IMG/VR virus record: IMGVR_UViG_3300043438_001962
Strand: one strand, 5' to 3'
Length of the DNA stretch: 64,000 nt
From: a virus
Lineage: Duplodnaviria; Heunggongvirae; Uroviricota; Caudoviricetes
This document shows, piece after piece, positions 18,343-28,907 of the stretch. The position numbers were made by a program, and so were the translations under genes. How positions within the stretch are numbered: the stretch's first letter is position 1; each line of letters begins with the position of its first letter. The notes under the pieces were generated by a model, which saw only the letters and a list, made by a program, of their open reading frames with translations, searched no databases and was not told the origin of the DNA.

Positions 18343-19260
18343 ATGGAGAATTTTTATCAAACACTAGGTGTGAATGAAAACGCAACTCAAGATGAGATTA
18401 AGAAAGCATATCGTAAATTAGCGGTAGAACATCATCCGGACAAAGGTGGTAATGAAGATACTTTTAAAAAAATATCACAAGCTTATGATACGGTAGGTGA
18501 CGAAAGTAAACGAAAACAATACGATAACCAAAGAAGTAACCCATTTTCTAATATGGGTGGTGGAGGGTTTAATCCTTTTGAGGATATGTTTCAAAATGGT
18601 TTTTACCAACAAAGAAGAAGGGCGGCTCCTGATAAAATTATTGAAGTTACCGTTGGTGCAATACAATCTTATAATGGTTCAGAAAAAAGTTTTACGTATA
18701 ATAGAAAACATAAATGTGAACCGTGTAATGGTAATGGTGGTGAAAGAATAAATTGTAACTCTTGTGGTGGGGAAGGGTTTATTACACAAAGAGTTGGTTC
18801 AGGGTTATTTGTCCAACTTGTGAGACAAACTTGTAATTCATGTGGTGGTAAAGGATTTTCATATAAAACGGTTTGTGGTTCGTGTAATGGAGAAACAACC
18901 ACTACTAAACCTGAGACAATAACAATTAAACTTCCTCACGGAATAGATGAGGGTCAATTTTTGAAATTGCAAGGTAAAGGTGACTATGTGAATGGTGTTT
19001 ATGGAAATCTAGTAATTAAAGTTAAAGTAACTCCTGAAGATAATTTTGAAAAATCAGGTGATGATTTGATATATAATGCGTATTTTAATTTAGATACTAT
19101 TAGAAATGAAAAGTTAGATATTAAACACCCAAAAGGTACAATGTCTATAAAATTACCTGAAGAATTTGATACAGAAAAACCCCTTCGAGTAAAATCAAAA
19201 GGGTTTCATAATACGGGTGATTTATTCGTTAAGCTACACGTTAAATTTAAACGTAATTAG
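18343..19260 (+). CDS. dnaJ: DnaJ (Hsp40) homologue with a J-domain, G/F-rich linker and four CxxCxGxG zinc-finger repeats
   Basis: It has an HPD motif ([10 protein letters not shown]), a [12 protein letters not shown] linker and the repeats CEPCNGNG / CNSCGGEG / CNSCGGKG / CGSCNGE. Confidence 0.85.
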   Translation: MENFYQTLGVNENATQDEIKKAYRKLAVEHHPDKGGNEDTFKKISQAYDTVGDESKRKQYDNQRSNPFSNMGGGGFNPFEDMFQNGFYQQRRRAAPDKIIEVTVGAIQSYNGSEKSFTYNRKHKCEPCNGNGGERINCNSCGGEGFITQRVGSGLFVQLVRQTCNSCGGKGFSYKTVCGSCNGETTTTKPETITIKLPHGIDEGQFLKLQGKGDYVNGVYGNLVIKVKVTPEDNFEKSGDDLIYNAYFNLDTIRNEKLDIKHPKGTMSIKLPEEFDTEKPLRVKSKGFHNTGDLFVKLHVKFKRN

Positions 19261-19553
19261 AAAAGATTAATTAGTTCTTTTACTAATTTGATTGTGCCAT
19301 AAATTGATGAGAATAAAACATATGTTGATATAATCACCATAACCCAATGTGATTTAGATAATGACTTACGTTTACATGTTTTACATTCTTTTTTAGGTTG
19401 TTCAGTGATGTCGTAAATAATATCCTTTTCTTCGATAATTTGTCCTTCAAGTTGTTCCATAGTAATATATTTTAAATAAATATAATAAAAAATTTTTGAA
19501 AGAGAAACTTGCTTTTTAACTTTTTATTTCTTATACTTAAAAAAAAGAAAATT

Positions 19554-20402
19554 ATGGCATTATCGTACATCGGAGGTAAATCTAAAATAGGTAAATGGAT
19601 TGTTCCATTTATACCTAACGACATTGAAACATACATTGAACCATTTTCAGGTATGTTTTGGGTATTTTTTAATATGGACTTAACAAAGTACCCAAACTTA
19701 AAGAACGTTGTTTACAACGACTTTAATCCACTAAACTACAATTTATTTCAATGTCTTCATAATCCGGAAAGATTATTAGAAGAAGTGAATAATATTCCTT
19801 GTCAACAAAGGAATGAGTTTCCGACACCGGACATCTATAAAGAACAATTTATCAACTTCCAAGCTGAAATTTTTGACGAGAATTTAAACTTACAGGCTTA
19901 CGATTATGTTATCGCTGCGAAATACGCTTATGTATTATCACAGGTATTCTCGGGGTCTAAACCTGAAACAAGTAATTTTATTGACTTAAAAGGTAAGTAT
20001 AAATCAAAATACCTTACATTCAGAGATAAGTTATCTAAAAAAGATTGGGTTGAACACTTCTTAAAGATTACTCACGTAGAAAATATGGACTTCCAAGACG
20101 TTATCCAAAAATATGATGGGCCATCAACATATGTTTATGCTGACCCCCCATATTGGAAGACAGAGAACTATTACAACAACCACGACTTTGATAGTAAAGA
20201 CCACGAGAGATTGGCTGATTGTCTAAAAGGTATTCAAGGTAAGTTCTCATTATCGTATTACGATTTCCCACAATTACATACTTGGTTTCCACCTCTTCAA
20301 TTTGTTTGGGAGAAGAAAGAGTTCGCTAAGGCGGCCGCTGCGAAGAAAGGTAAGGCACAAAATATGGGGGAAGAACTCCTTATTATGAATTACCAAAAAT
20401 AA
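19554..20402 (+). CDS. Dam-like N6-adenine DNA methyltransferase (MethyltransfD12 family)
   Basis: The N-terminus reads YIGGKSKIGKWIVPFIP ... YIEPFSGMFWVFFNM and the DPPY motif reads YADPPYW. The track start at 19509 is probably an upstream extension. Confidence 0.85.
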   Translation: MALSYIGGKSKIGKWIVPFIPNDIETYIEPFSGMFWVFFNMDLTKYPNLKNVVYNDFNPLNYNLFQCLHNPERLLEEVNNIPCQQRNEFPTPDIYKEQFINFQAEIFDENLNLQAYDYVIAAKYAYVLSQVFSGSKPETSNFIDLKGKYKSKYLTFRDKLSKKDWVEHFLKITHVENMDFQDVIQKYDGPSTYVYADPPYWKTENYYNNHDFDSKDHERLADCLKGIQGKFSLSYYDFPQLHTWFPPLQFVWEKKEFAKAAAAKKGKAQNMGEELLIMNYQK

Positions 20403-20403
20403 T

Positions 20404-20433
20404 TTGTGTTTTAAGAAATAAGTGTTATCTTTG
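20404..20433 (+). promoter_or_regulatory. Bacteroidetes-type promoter (TTG N19 TATCTTTG)
   Basis: A TTG at 20404-20406 and tgTTATCTTTGt at 20423-20434 sit upstream of the gene at 20510. Confidence 0.5.
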
Positions 20434-20509
20434 TCCCCGTTGAACAAAAGTAAATGATGTTTAGCGAATTATTTAGAAAAAACAAATATTTATAATAAAA
20501 ACGATTAAA

Positions 20510-21886
20510 ATGAGACTAACTAACACATTATCAACTTTAATTACAGAACAATCGCGTTTCCAAGTGTTATATGACAAATTGGTAAAACCTTCTGACAAGC
20601 CAACAAGACCGGGTGAGAAACCTAAAGGGGCGATGGATTTTGAAACATTAAAGGCTATTATACTTGCTGACCCAACCACAATCGTTCCTGAAGGAATGGA
20701 TATTGACACTATTTCTTTAAAGGATATGGAAAAAGTTAAAGTTGGGAAATACTCTCAATGGCTACTTAAAAACTTCATAAAACCGGTATTTACCGATGAG
20801 AATGCTGGTTTAGAACCGGGAACACCTGAATATAAAAAGGCCGCTCAAGAGTATAGAAGATTATTCTTGGAGGATTTATATAAAGTAACTTCTGACTTAA
20901 GAAAATACGAAAAAGTTAAACAATACTTACCTCAAGAGGCGAGAGATATTAACAAAATAACTGCTGCTGAGTTATTCAAATTATTGGATGAGTTCGTAAT
21001 GCCGGAGAAAAAACAAAAAGAATTAGAGAAGAAGGTAGCTAAGAAGACCCGAGAAGGATTTAATCACGCAGGTGGTGAGATTGTATGGGAAGGTCCAAAT
21101 TGGACTATGATTAGAATCTCTGATAAAGGTGAAGTAGGAAAAGACGCTGCGGTTTATTACGGTGGATTCCACGAATATGACCAAGGAGAATCAAGATGGT
21201 GTACATCATCACCTGGTTTAACTTACTTCAACGGATATATTAAAGATGGTCCATTATATGTTGTATTCCCTAATGACGATAAAGGTGAGGTTGGTTTAAA
21301 AACCGGTTTACCAAAAGAAAGATACCAATTCCACTTCCCATCTAATCAATATATGGATAGAACGGACAGACAAATTAACTTGGTTGAATACTTGAATGGT
21401 CCTATGTCGGAACTTAAAGATTTCTTCAAACCTGAATTTGCTAAAGGATTAGTTAAAGCTGGTACAAGTGATGTTGTGGATATTTCTTATCCTGATAATG
21501 CGGCAGGTAAATTTGTTGCGTTATATGGTTTTGATGAATTGTTTGAAAGTTTACCTGATACGATTGTTAGATTATTAATCAGTAATAAATCAAATGAGAA
21601 TATTGCTTTAGATGTTCCGGAATCAATCGGTAGATTTAAAAACCTACAAGCATTAAAATTAGAGAAAATTTGTAGAACTATTCCAAGTTCAGTTTGTGAA
21701 TTAAAAGAATTGAATTTCTTGGCTCTACCAAATAACAAAGATTTAAAATCTTTACCTGAATGTTTAATCAACTTAACTGATTTAGCGTTTATCAATTTAA
21801 AAGATAGTAACCCAAATGTTGAAATCCCACCAAAATTAAAGGAGAGATTGACAGACGAAGGAATGGGATTCTATTATTTTGACTAG
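20510..21886 (+). CDS. hypothetical protein with C-terminal leucine-rich-repeat-like segments
   Basis: It contains LxxLxLxxN-like units (LKELNFLALPNNKDLKSLPECLINLTDLAFINL). Confidence 0.45.
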   Translation: MRLTNTLSTLITEQSRFQVLYDKLVKPSDKPTRPGEKPKGAMDFETLKAIILADPTTIVPEGMDIDTISLKDMEKVKVGKYSQWLLKNFIKPVFTDENAGLEPGTPEYKKAAQEYRRLFLEDLYKVTSDLRKYEKVKQYLPQEARDINKITAAELFKLLDEFVMPEKKQKELEKKVAKKTREGFNHAGGEIVWEGPNWTMIRISDKGEVGKDAAVYYGGFHEYDQGESRWCTSSPGLTYFNGYIKDGPLYVVFPNDDKGEVGLKTGLPKERYQFHFPSNQYMDRTDRQINLVEYLNGPMSELKDFFKPEFAKGLVKAGTSDVVDISYPDNAAGKFVALYGFDELFESLPDTIVRLLISNKSNENIALDVPESIGRFKNLQALKLEKICRTIPSSVCELKELNFLALPNNKDLKSLPECLINLTDLAFINLKDSNPNVEIPPKLKERLTDEGMGFYYFD

Positions 21887-21911
21887 TATTAATATTTAAA
21901 CACCATACAAA

Positions 21912-22202
21912 ATGAAAAATGTTGACGTTGAAATCTACATTAATCAATTTAAAACTTTCTTTAACAACAACCCCAACGACTTAATTCAGTTGATTGGGGA
22001 TGTTTTAAAGGATGACTTCTACGATAGAGTAAAACAACAATCATTAGATAACGTTGAGAACGGAGAGGACGTTTCTTTAACTCAAAAACAAATCATATCT
22101 ATTGTTGTATCACTTAAACAATCTCAAAACGATGAGGTTGATATGGATAAGATTAAGTCCATAATTTATCACACAGAATTTGCACACTTTTCTCTTAACT
22201 AA
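21912..22202 (+). CDS. hypothetical protein
   Basis: ORF only. Confidence 0.4.
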   Translation: MKNVDVEIYINQFKTFFNNNPNDLIQLIGDVLKDDFYDRVKQQSLDNVENGEDVSLTQKQIISIVVSLKQSQNDEVDMDKIKSIIYHTEFAHFSLN

Positions 22203-22203
22203 T

Positions 22204-22234
22204 TTGTATAACTAAGATTATTGTATTATCTTTG
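22204..22234 (+). promoter_or_regulatory. Bacteroidetes-type promoter (TTG N20 TATCTTTG)
   Basis: The motif gTATTATCTTTGtattc lies at 22224-22240 and the ATG at 22253. Confidence 0.55.
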
Positions 22235-22252
22235 TATTCTTAATTGTGTTGT

Positions 22253-23989
22253 ATGAGAGAAGAATTATTTAACCTTACTAGAAAAGAATATCGGGTATAT
22301 GAATACTCCGACACCAATCGTATTATAACTAAACAGGAAGAAGAGATTGACGTATTTGGTGGTATGATAACACCATTTCGTAGTAGTGCGCCTTGGGGTC
22401 ATTTTGATATGAAGGGTGATTACAATACTGAAGAAAAATTTAACGAGCACTATGGTAACCCGATGGCTTCTGTTGATATGACACGAAGAATTATGTGTGT
22501 TACAACCGAGGGTGATAAGATTACCTTCAAGTTGTTTTGGTACAACAGACGAAGAAGGGTAACCTCAAAATGGTTTAAAACTAGCACTCAATGTAAGTTT
22601 ATCACATTCAACCATAAGACCAACGCGTTATATACTGGTACGTTGGATAACTACCACTTAAAAAGAAAGTGCCGTAAAAGAATTAGAAGAACATTATTTA
22701 ATTCTGACCCTATCAATACGTTAAGAAGATGGATACGAGACACGTTTAGTTCTGAAGAACAAAAAACTATTGATGTCCCAACCATTGTTAACCAAGTGGT
22801 CTCTGTGTATGTAAATTCAATTCCGGGAACAGAAAAATATCCTACATTATTACCGGAACAAAAAATTTATAGACGATACTTAGATGCTCAAGGAATCAAA
22901 TACCCTGACAATTGGTTTGAACTTGCCGACGCTTATCCTCAACCAAAGAAGAAAGATTTGGTTAAGTGTGAGTATAAGTATATTGATGCCTTAATGAGGG
23001 TTCATAATTTGAAGGGGGATAAAGTTAAGAAGATGTTACATCAGGTTGATAGATTTTTAGATGGTAGTCATTTTGATTTGTCTTGTGAATTTTTTGGAGA
23101 GAAATTCATTCTAAATCAATCTGAAGAATTTATTAAAAAATTGTTGGAAACAACAACATTAACTAAAATTTCTTTGGGGGTTTTGAATGGTAGTGGATTA
23201 TCTAAATCGGAGCGTTCAAACTTTTTTGAGATTTATAAATTATACTATAATAAGTTAATTGATTATCATACAATCAGTGACCACTTTAGATTTTATATAT
23301 TTTTAAAAGATTTAGAACCAATTAAATGGAAGTCAAATACTCACGATGAATTTACTCAAGAACACTACGATTGGTCTGAGAAGTTTAATCATTATACCAA
23401 TGGTGACTTCAGAAGAATTTACAACCCAACTTTTGTTGAGAAGGTTAACGAGGCGATATTAACCAAAGATGGTCCGTATTTCCCGGAGGTATTATTAACA
23501 TCCAAACGATATAATAATGAGTCGTTCTTCCAAAACAATTGTGTTAAAACGTACATCAAACGAGTTGATTCTTTACTAATCTCTATGAGACGAGGTCAGG
23601 GTGATACTGAAGAGAGAGCGTCAATAGAATATCGTATTACTTTACCTTCTCAACATAATACGTTTGATTTAGAGAGAGTTCAAACTTTGGGGAAATTTAA
23701 TCAAAGATTGGATGAAAGTTGGGATGACGCATTAATTAAATTGGATAATAAAATTTACCAATATGAGGATTTGTTTGATATCTTACAGATTGATGGCGAA
23801 TTTGGGGGTAGAAAAGTGTTTTCTGATTGGGTTGCTAAAGAAGTTGAAATATATTCGGTTACAAAAACAGGAAAAAATGGTACTGAAATGAGATTATCTT
23901 GGAAAAACGATTCAATAATGAAATTAAATTCATATAATTACAATGTTGCACCGGCTCAAATGTGGGGTGACGACGAATTAGGATTTTAA
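22253..23989 (+). CDS. large hypothetical protein (579 aa)
   Basis: The ORF was re-started at the first ATG after the promoter, because the track start is a TTG. Confidence 0.5.
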   Translation: MREELFNLTRKEYRVYEYSDTNRIITKQEEEIDVFGGMITPFRSSAPWGHFDMKGDYNTEEKFNEHYGNPMASVDMTRRIMCVTTEGDKITFKLFWYNRRRRVTSKWFKTSTQCKFITFNHKTNALYTGTLDNYHLKRKCRKRIRRTLFNSDPINTLRRWIRDTFSSEEQKTIDVPTIVNQVVSVYVNSIPGTEKYPTLLPEQKIYRRYLDAQGIKYPDNWFELADAYPQPKKKDLVKCEYKYIDALMRVHNLKGDKVKKMLHQVDRFLDGSHFDLSCEFFGEKFILNQSEEFIKKLLETTTLTKISLGVLNGSGLSKSERSNFFEIYKLYYNKLIDYHTISDHFRFYIFLKDLEPIKWKSNTHDEFTQEHYDWSEKFNHYTNGDFRRIYNPTFVEKVNEAILTKDGPYFPEVLLTSKRYNNESFFQNNCVKTYIKRVDSLLISMRRGQGDTEERASIEYRITLPSQHNTFDLERVQTLGKFNQRLDESWDDALIKLDNKIYQYEDLFDILQIDGEFGGRKVFSDWVAKEVEIYSVTKTGKNGTEMRLSWKNDSIMKLNSYNYNVAPAQMWGDDELGF

Positions 23990-23990
23990 T

Positions 23991-24311
23991 ATGAAAGAAA
24001 TACCACAACATTGTATTGATACCTTCAAGGAAAGGTTTGGAGCACATCCTAGTATTGTAGAATTATACCCTACAATGTCTAGTGAAGATACCGATAAGTT
24101 TTTAAGTAAAGCTCATTTGTTATGGTTTGAAAATTTTGTGAATGACGAATATAAGATTGTTCCTATGGACAGATTATATGAATATGACTCTAGTGGTATT
24201 TTAATACTCCGAAAGTCCCATACCAAGATATTTATTTTAACAAAGGTGGATAAACAAAACGTGGTAGATTTTATATTACTACAATTAAAAAGATTAACAA
24301 AAAAAGATTAA
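23991..24311 (+). CDS. hypothetical protein
   Basis: ORF only. Confidence 0.4.
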   Translation: MKEIPQHCIDTFKERFGAHPSIVELYPTMSSEDTDKFLSKAHLLWFENFVNDEYKIVPMDRLYEYDSSGILILRKSHTKIFILTKVDKQNVVDFILLQLKRLTKKD

Positions 24312-24314
24312 AAA

Positions 24315-24638
24315 ATGGAAATTACACAAGAATTATTACAAGAAAAAATTAACAATGGTGAAAAATTAGTGGTTGACTTTTGGGCTCCATGGTGTGGACC
24401 TTGTAAAGTTATGAAACCGGCTTTTGAAAAAGTTTCTGAAGAATTTAGAAACGAAAACTCTGAAGTTCAATTGTTCACCTTAAATGTTGAAGAAAATAAA
24501 GAGTTTGCTGCTTCATTAGGTATTAGAGCAATTCCTACGGTTAAATCATTTTCAGATGGTAAAGAAGTTTATTCTCAACCGGGAATGCAAATGGAAAGTC
24601 AAATTAAACAATTAGTGACTAACCTAATCAATGGATAA
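24315..24638 (+). CDS. trx: thioredoxin
   Basis: The WAPWCGPCK active site is present and the length is 107 aa. Confidence 0.85.
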   Translation: MEITQELLQEKINNGEKLVVDFWAPWCGPCKVMKPAFEKVSEEFRNENSEVQLFTLNVEENKEFAASLGIRAIPTVKSFSDGKEVYSQPGMQMESQIKQLVTNLING

Positions 24639-24915
24639 GTTATTAATTCTTTTCACTATGAAAGGTTGTCCTTATTGTGATATGATGAAGGAACAACTTA
24701 TTAAAAATGATATTGGATTTGTTATAAGAGATATTGATGAACATAAAGATGAATATGATATGTTTGTCGAAGTAACTGAAAACGAATTTGTCCCAGCTTT
24801 TATGATTGTGGAATCTCCGGATGAATCACCTAAAAGTTATTTATACGCACCTGAAAGAGATTTTGATGAAATTGATGAAGGTGTTGAAATAATTAAAGAA
24901 CATTTTAAAAAATAA
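24631..24915 (+). CDS. glutaredoxin-like (NrdH-like) redoxin
   Basis: It has a CPYC active site (MKGCPYCDMMKEQL) and is 94 aa long. Confidence 0.7.
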   Translation: MDKLLILFTMKGCPYCDMMKEQLIKNDIGFVIRDIDEHKDEYDMFVEVTENEFVPAFMIVESPDESPKSYLYAPERDFDEIDEGVEIIKEHFKK

Positions 24916-24947
24916 AAAAAATCCCCTTAATTGGGGATTTTCTTTTT
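24913..24947. terminator. bidirectional rho-independent terminator
   Basis: An A-run, then ATCCCC ttaatt GGGGAT, then a T-run lies between convergent genes. Confidence 0.7.
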
Positions 24948-25767
24948 AAAATAGTATAAGGTCTTTAATTTTATCTCTGGTTAGCCAAGGTTTTTTATCG
25001 AATGGCAAAGTAGTGTCTTCAATAATATCATAATTCTTAATCTTATCGTTAAACATCAACATATCAAAATCAAACACGTCTAACACCATTGATATTATAT
25101 CTTTTTTTGGATGTATTGAATTACTAACAATGTCAATTTGATTATCCTCATCCACTTTAACAGAAGAATATTTAAAAGTTAACTTGTCTGTTAGTAGTAC
25201 ATTAAATAATTGATTACAGATGTATTCTGAATAGTATAACTCTTGTCTACCCATACTTAAACTATATCCGTGTGGAAACTCCGATGAAATATTTAATGGT
25301 GAGTATGTGTAATAATTTAAATTAGAGGTATCATCTTCAGAATAATCTAATTCGTATTCTAATCTATTGTTATTATACGATATTGAATTGAATTTAGGTT
25401 GGGGATTATCAATTAAATCGTTCATTATAGATGAATGATATATTGGTCGTGAAGAATTATGGAAATCAAAAATATATTCGGGTTTTTTGGATAATTCAGT
25501 GTCATATATAATAACATCGATAATATTTAAAATTTTATATCCAAATTGTTCCATTAAAGGTTGATATTCTTTATAGAATTCCTCTTTAACAATTACCATA
25601 TCCAATATTTTATCTGAATTGGTTAATCCATTGACTATGAAAAATTTACCACAATCGGTAACTTCAATAACAACATCGTATTGATTGGTTTTGTTTATCT
25701 CTTTTACTAAAAAGTCCGCGAACAGGTTTACAATCCCTTTGTTTGAATTTTCATTTACGTATTTCAT
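24946..25767 (-). CDS. hypothetical protein (minus strand)
   Basis: It is a 273-aa ORF. Confidence 0.45.
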   Translation of the reverse strand: MKYVNENSNKGIVNLFADFLVKEINKTNQYDVVIEVTDCGKFFIVNGLTNSDKILDMVIVKEEFYKEYQPLMEQFGYKILNIIDVIIYDTELSKKPEYIFDFHNSSRPIYHSSIMNDLIDNPQPKFNSISYNNNRLEYELDYSEDDTSNLNYYTYSPLNISSEFPHGYSLSMGRQELYYSEYICNQLFNVLLTDKLTFKYSSVKVDEDNQIDIVSNSIHPKKDIISMVLDVFDFDMLMFNDKIKNYDIIEDTTLPFDKKPWLTRDKIKDLILF

Positions 25768-25814
25768 ATTTTTAAATTATATGAAAGGATATACAAATTA
25801 AATTTAATTATAAA

Positions 25815-25848
25815 TAAAAAAGGGACAAAAAGTCCCTTTATTTTTTTA
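25815..25848. terminator. bidirectional terminator hairpin
   Basis: The sequence AAAGGGAC aaaaa GTCCCTTT is flanked by A and T runs. Confidence 0.6.
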
Positions 25849-26086
25849 AACACAAAATATTATTTTTTAGTGTAATATCTCTCAACAACTTTACGAATAG
25901 ATTCTTGTATTGGCTGAGTTTTTGGAGCTTGAGCCTGAACCTGCTGTAGAGTTTGAGATTGACTTGATTGTTGTGTCGTTTGTGTTTGTTGTGCTTTGTT
26001 TTTACATCCGCAACCCATGATTATTTTTATTTAAACGTTTATAACCATAAATATCATATATAATGATAATATGTAAATATATTTTA

Positions 26087-26094
26087 TATCTTTG
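26087..26094 (+). promoter_or_regulatory. TAnnTTTG -7 element (TATCTTTG)
   Basis: The motif ttTTATATCTTTGtg lies upstream of the ATG at 26110. Confidence 0.4.
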
Positions 26095-26109
26095 TGTATA
26101 TTTATTAAT

Positions 26110-27474
26110 ATGGGTAATAAAATAGTTTTAACGAATAAAGATTTACATCAGATTGTAAAACAAATCAAGGAACAAGTTGAGGGTGATTATTATAAGATAT
26201 CACCTGAAGAATATATACAATTAATGTCTTTAGGTAGTTATCACGGGAAAGCGATAACTAAAATGAAAAAGTTTCAAGGTAAACCATTATGGATAACCGG
26301 AGATTTAAATCTATCTAGTACCCCAACAGATAGTTTAGGGAATGTTGGATATGTTGATGGAAGTTTAAATATCTCATATACTAATGTTTCTAATATAACA
26401 GGCACTAAAGTTAAAAGTTGGGTTTCTGATTCTAATAGTCCTCGTGAACGATTTAGAGATAAAGAGGAATTAAATGCTAAACTTACTATACAAGAATCTC
26501 TTCGTGAGAATGATGAATGGGCTTTAGAAAAAGGTGATGAAACCGGAGAAAAGGCTCGTGCATTATTTGATAATTTAATTAATAATGGGGAGATTGAACC
26601 ATTATCAGATGAAGACAAAGAAAAATTAACAATCTTGCAACGTAAACTCCAAGATTTGGAAGAAGAATATAATGACCTTGATGATAATGATGAGAGAGCC
26701 TATGAGTTGCAAGATGCTATTGATGAAACACAATCAGAAATTGATGAATTAGAAGAGAATAATGTGGATGTCTATATGATGTATCCACAACCAAGATATA
26801 CTCATTATGGTTTACAACAATTTGAGGTTTTAATACCTGGTTTCAAAAATAATGAATATACTGTTGGAACTGAAGAAGAGATGGATGATGCGGCGTTACA
26901 ATATGCTAAAAATTACGTTGATGATGTGGGTGCTGATGGATTTAGTGAATCATTTATTGAAGATTATTTGGATGTTGATGCAATTGTAAGTATGGCTGAA
27001 GATGATTATGAATATCAAGTTAGAGATTATCCTGATAGTTATTTTAGTGATGACGATTATGAATTGACTTCGGAACAAGAAGAAAGAATAGAACAGATTG
27101 AGTCACAAATAGAAGATTTAGAACAACAAAAACTTGAATTAGACTCAGATGATGAGAATTATTATGACTACGAAGAAGATTTAGATAATCAAATTCAGGT
27201 TCTCCAAGAAGAATTAGATGATATTGAACCTGACACTGAACCAAGTGAAGATATGATTGATAATATGGTTCAGAGTTTAGTTAGAGACGTAAGAAGAGAC
27301 CCATTAGATTATCTTAAAAACTATGGTTTAGACTTTAAGGAATATGTAGATGAAGACGCTTTAGCTCAAGGGTTAGTTGACTCTGATGGTTGGGGTGTTA
27401 TGAATAGTTATGACGGTCAATATGATAGTGAAGAAGTTAATGGGGTAACCTATTATATTATGAGAACTAACTAA
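26110..27474 (+). CDS. highly acidic hypothetical protein (D/E-rich C-terminal half)
   Basis: The assessment is compositional. The start was set at the ATG following the promoter. Confidence 0.5.
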   Translation: MGNKIVLTNKDLHQIVKQIKEQVEGDYYKISPEEYIQLMSLGSYHGKAITKMKKFQGKPLWITGDLNLSSTPTDSLGNVGYVDGSLNISYTNVSNITGTKVKSWVSDSNSPRERFRDKEELNAKLTIQESLRENDEWALEKGDETGEKARALFDNLINNGEIEPLSDEDKEKLTILQRKLQDLEEEYNDLDDNDERAYELQDAIDETQSEIDELEENNVDVYMMYPQPRYTHYGLQQFEVLIPGFKNNEYTVGTEEEMDDAALQYAKNYVDDVGADGFSESFIEDYLDVDAIVSMAEDDYEYQVRDYPDSYFSDDDYELTSEQEERIEQIESQIEDLEQQKLELDSDDENYYDYEEDLDNQIQVLQEELDDIEPDTEPSEDMIDNMVQSLVRDVRRDPLDYLKNYGLDFKEYVDEDALAQGLVDSDGWGVMNSYDGQYDSEEVNGVTYYIMRTN

Positions 27475-27516
27475 AACTATTCCTTTTTCCAATCTTTTCC
27501 TGTATATTTTAAATAA

Positions 27517-28290
27517 TTGAATATGGAAATGAAACAGAAAAATAAAAATAGATTTATAATGGATACCGATTGGTTATTTGACGGTATTCTCGACGCCGAA
27601 CAAAAACAGTATGTTTTATTGGACTACTTTCAAAAGATGAATAAACATCTTGAGAGAATGGAGGTCTACCCGATGTTTATTGAACTTTCACTACATTTGG
27701 GTAATATACAGACCTTACTCACACAAAACAAAATCTTATACGTAGATAGAAAATTAACATCCAATGACGATGAACTAGTGTTATCCGATTTGAAGGTTAA
27801 AGACATCCCCATTTTAGATGATGAGGAAGTAATTGAATATCATAAAATATTAAAAAATAGTCAACCACAACTACACGACTATTTCAATTTTGCAAAATCA
27901 ATATGGAGTATTGTTTATGACTCTATAGAGGTTGTTGTGAAAAAAAACAAAAACAATCTACAAAGTAAATCCGGATTTTTTTATTACAAGCAACCCGATA
28001 ATTTATACATTTGGCAATACACTACAAGAAAAGTGTATAAGACCAAAGGACAAACAAAAACCTCTCTAAAATTAATTTTCAAAGGACAACAGGATAGTTT
28101 GACAATCCCGGAAATTATCTCTACATTTTCTAAAACCTATGAAAAAAACAATGAAGTTGATTATCCAATTTTTGAAGTATTTTGTAGTGATGTGTTTCCA
28201 TTAGAACAAACACTTGTACCAATCTTTAAAAGAAAAGTATTATCATATATTAATCAAAGCGTTAAAATTACAAGAAAATTATTATCATAA
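27517..28290 (+). CDS. hypothetical protein
   Basis: ORF only. Confidence 0.45.
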   Translation: MNMEMKQKNKNRFIMDTDWLFDGILDAEQKQYVLLDYFQKMNKHLERMEVYPMFIELSLHLGNIQTLLTQNKILYVDRKLTSNDDELVLSDLKVKDIPILDDEEVIEYHKILKNSQPQLHDYFNFAKSIWSIVYDSIEVVVKKNKNNLQSKSGFFYYKQPDNLYIWQYTTRKVYKTKGQTKTSLKLIFKGQQDSLTIPEIISTFSKTYEKNNEVDYPIFEVFCSDVFPLEQTLVPIFKRKVLSYINQSVKITRKLLS

Positions 28291-28676
28291 TGGACAAAAG
28301 ACAGATTAAATCGTTAATGGATAAGTTAAGACAACCAATCCACATTAGTTATATTTCAAGGTATATTATTAAAAAAGATATTGATGAAACAAAAAAACAA
28401 TTAGATATTTTAATATCTGAAGGTTATATTAAGGAAAGTAAATTAAGTCAAGGATATTATGTGGCTGTCTAAAAAAACATATAACATTGGTTATCGTTGT
28501 AGTCAGACCGTGATTAAGTTTTTTAAGTACTCAATTTTATATAGTACGTCACCATCCGGATGGTCTATTAGGTTTAATAATGGGATTGGAGTTAATGTTA
28601 CAACAAAACCTTTATTCTCAGTTAGAAATGGGTATGTAAAAAGTATTAAGTTAGGAAAATATTATATAGTAAAATT

Positions 28677-28907
28677 ATGAGTAAAGAAATGGTAAACCAC
28701 CCGGAACATTACGGGGGTCAAGACAATCCGTATGAGGTTGTAAAAGTGTGTGAGGCTTGGGGTCTTGATAAAGATGCTTACATATTCAATGTTGTAAAAT
28801 ATGTTGCAAGAGCAGGTAAGAAAGATACAGATAAAGAACTTCAGGATATGAAAAAAGCATTATGGTATTTGAATCGTAAAATTGAACGTCTTGAGAGTAA
28901 CGGTTGA
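28677..28907 (+). CDS. DUF3310-like small phage protein
   Basis: The N-terminal MSKEMVNHPEHYGG ... E..KV.EAWGL pattern resembles the phage DUF3310 family. Confidence 0.4.
   Translation: MSKEMVNHPEHYGGQDNPYEVVKVCEAWGLDKDAYIFNVVKYVARAGKKDTDKELQDMKKALWYLNRKIERLESNG

Noticed and set aside
19257-19460. Minus-strand 67-aa ORF downstream of dnaJ.
   Set aside because: It sits in the promoter-containing intergenic region for the Dam gene, shows no conservation signal and is probably spurious. It is not excluded outright.
22244-22252. Track ORF starts at TTG codons (22244, 26092, 48144, 29724, 60984).
   Set aside because: In each case an ATG lies a few codons downstream, immediately after a TAnnTTTG promoter or the upstream stop codon, so the ATG starts were preferred.
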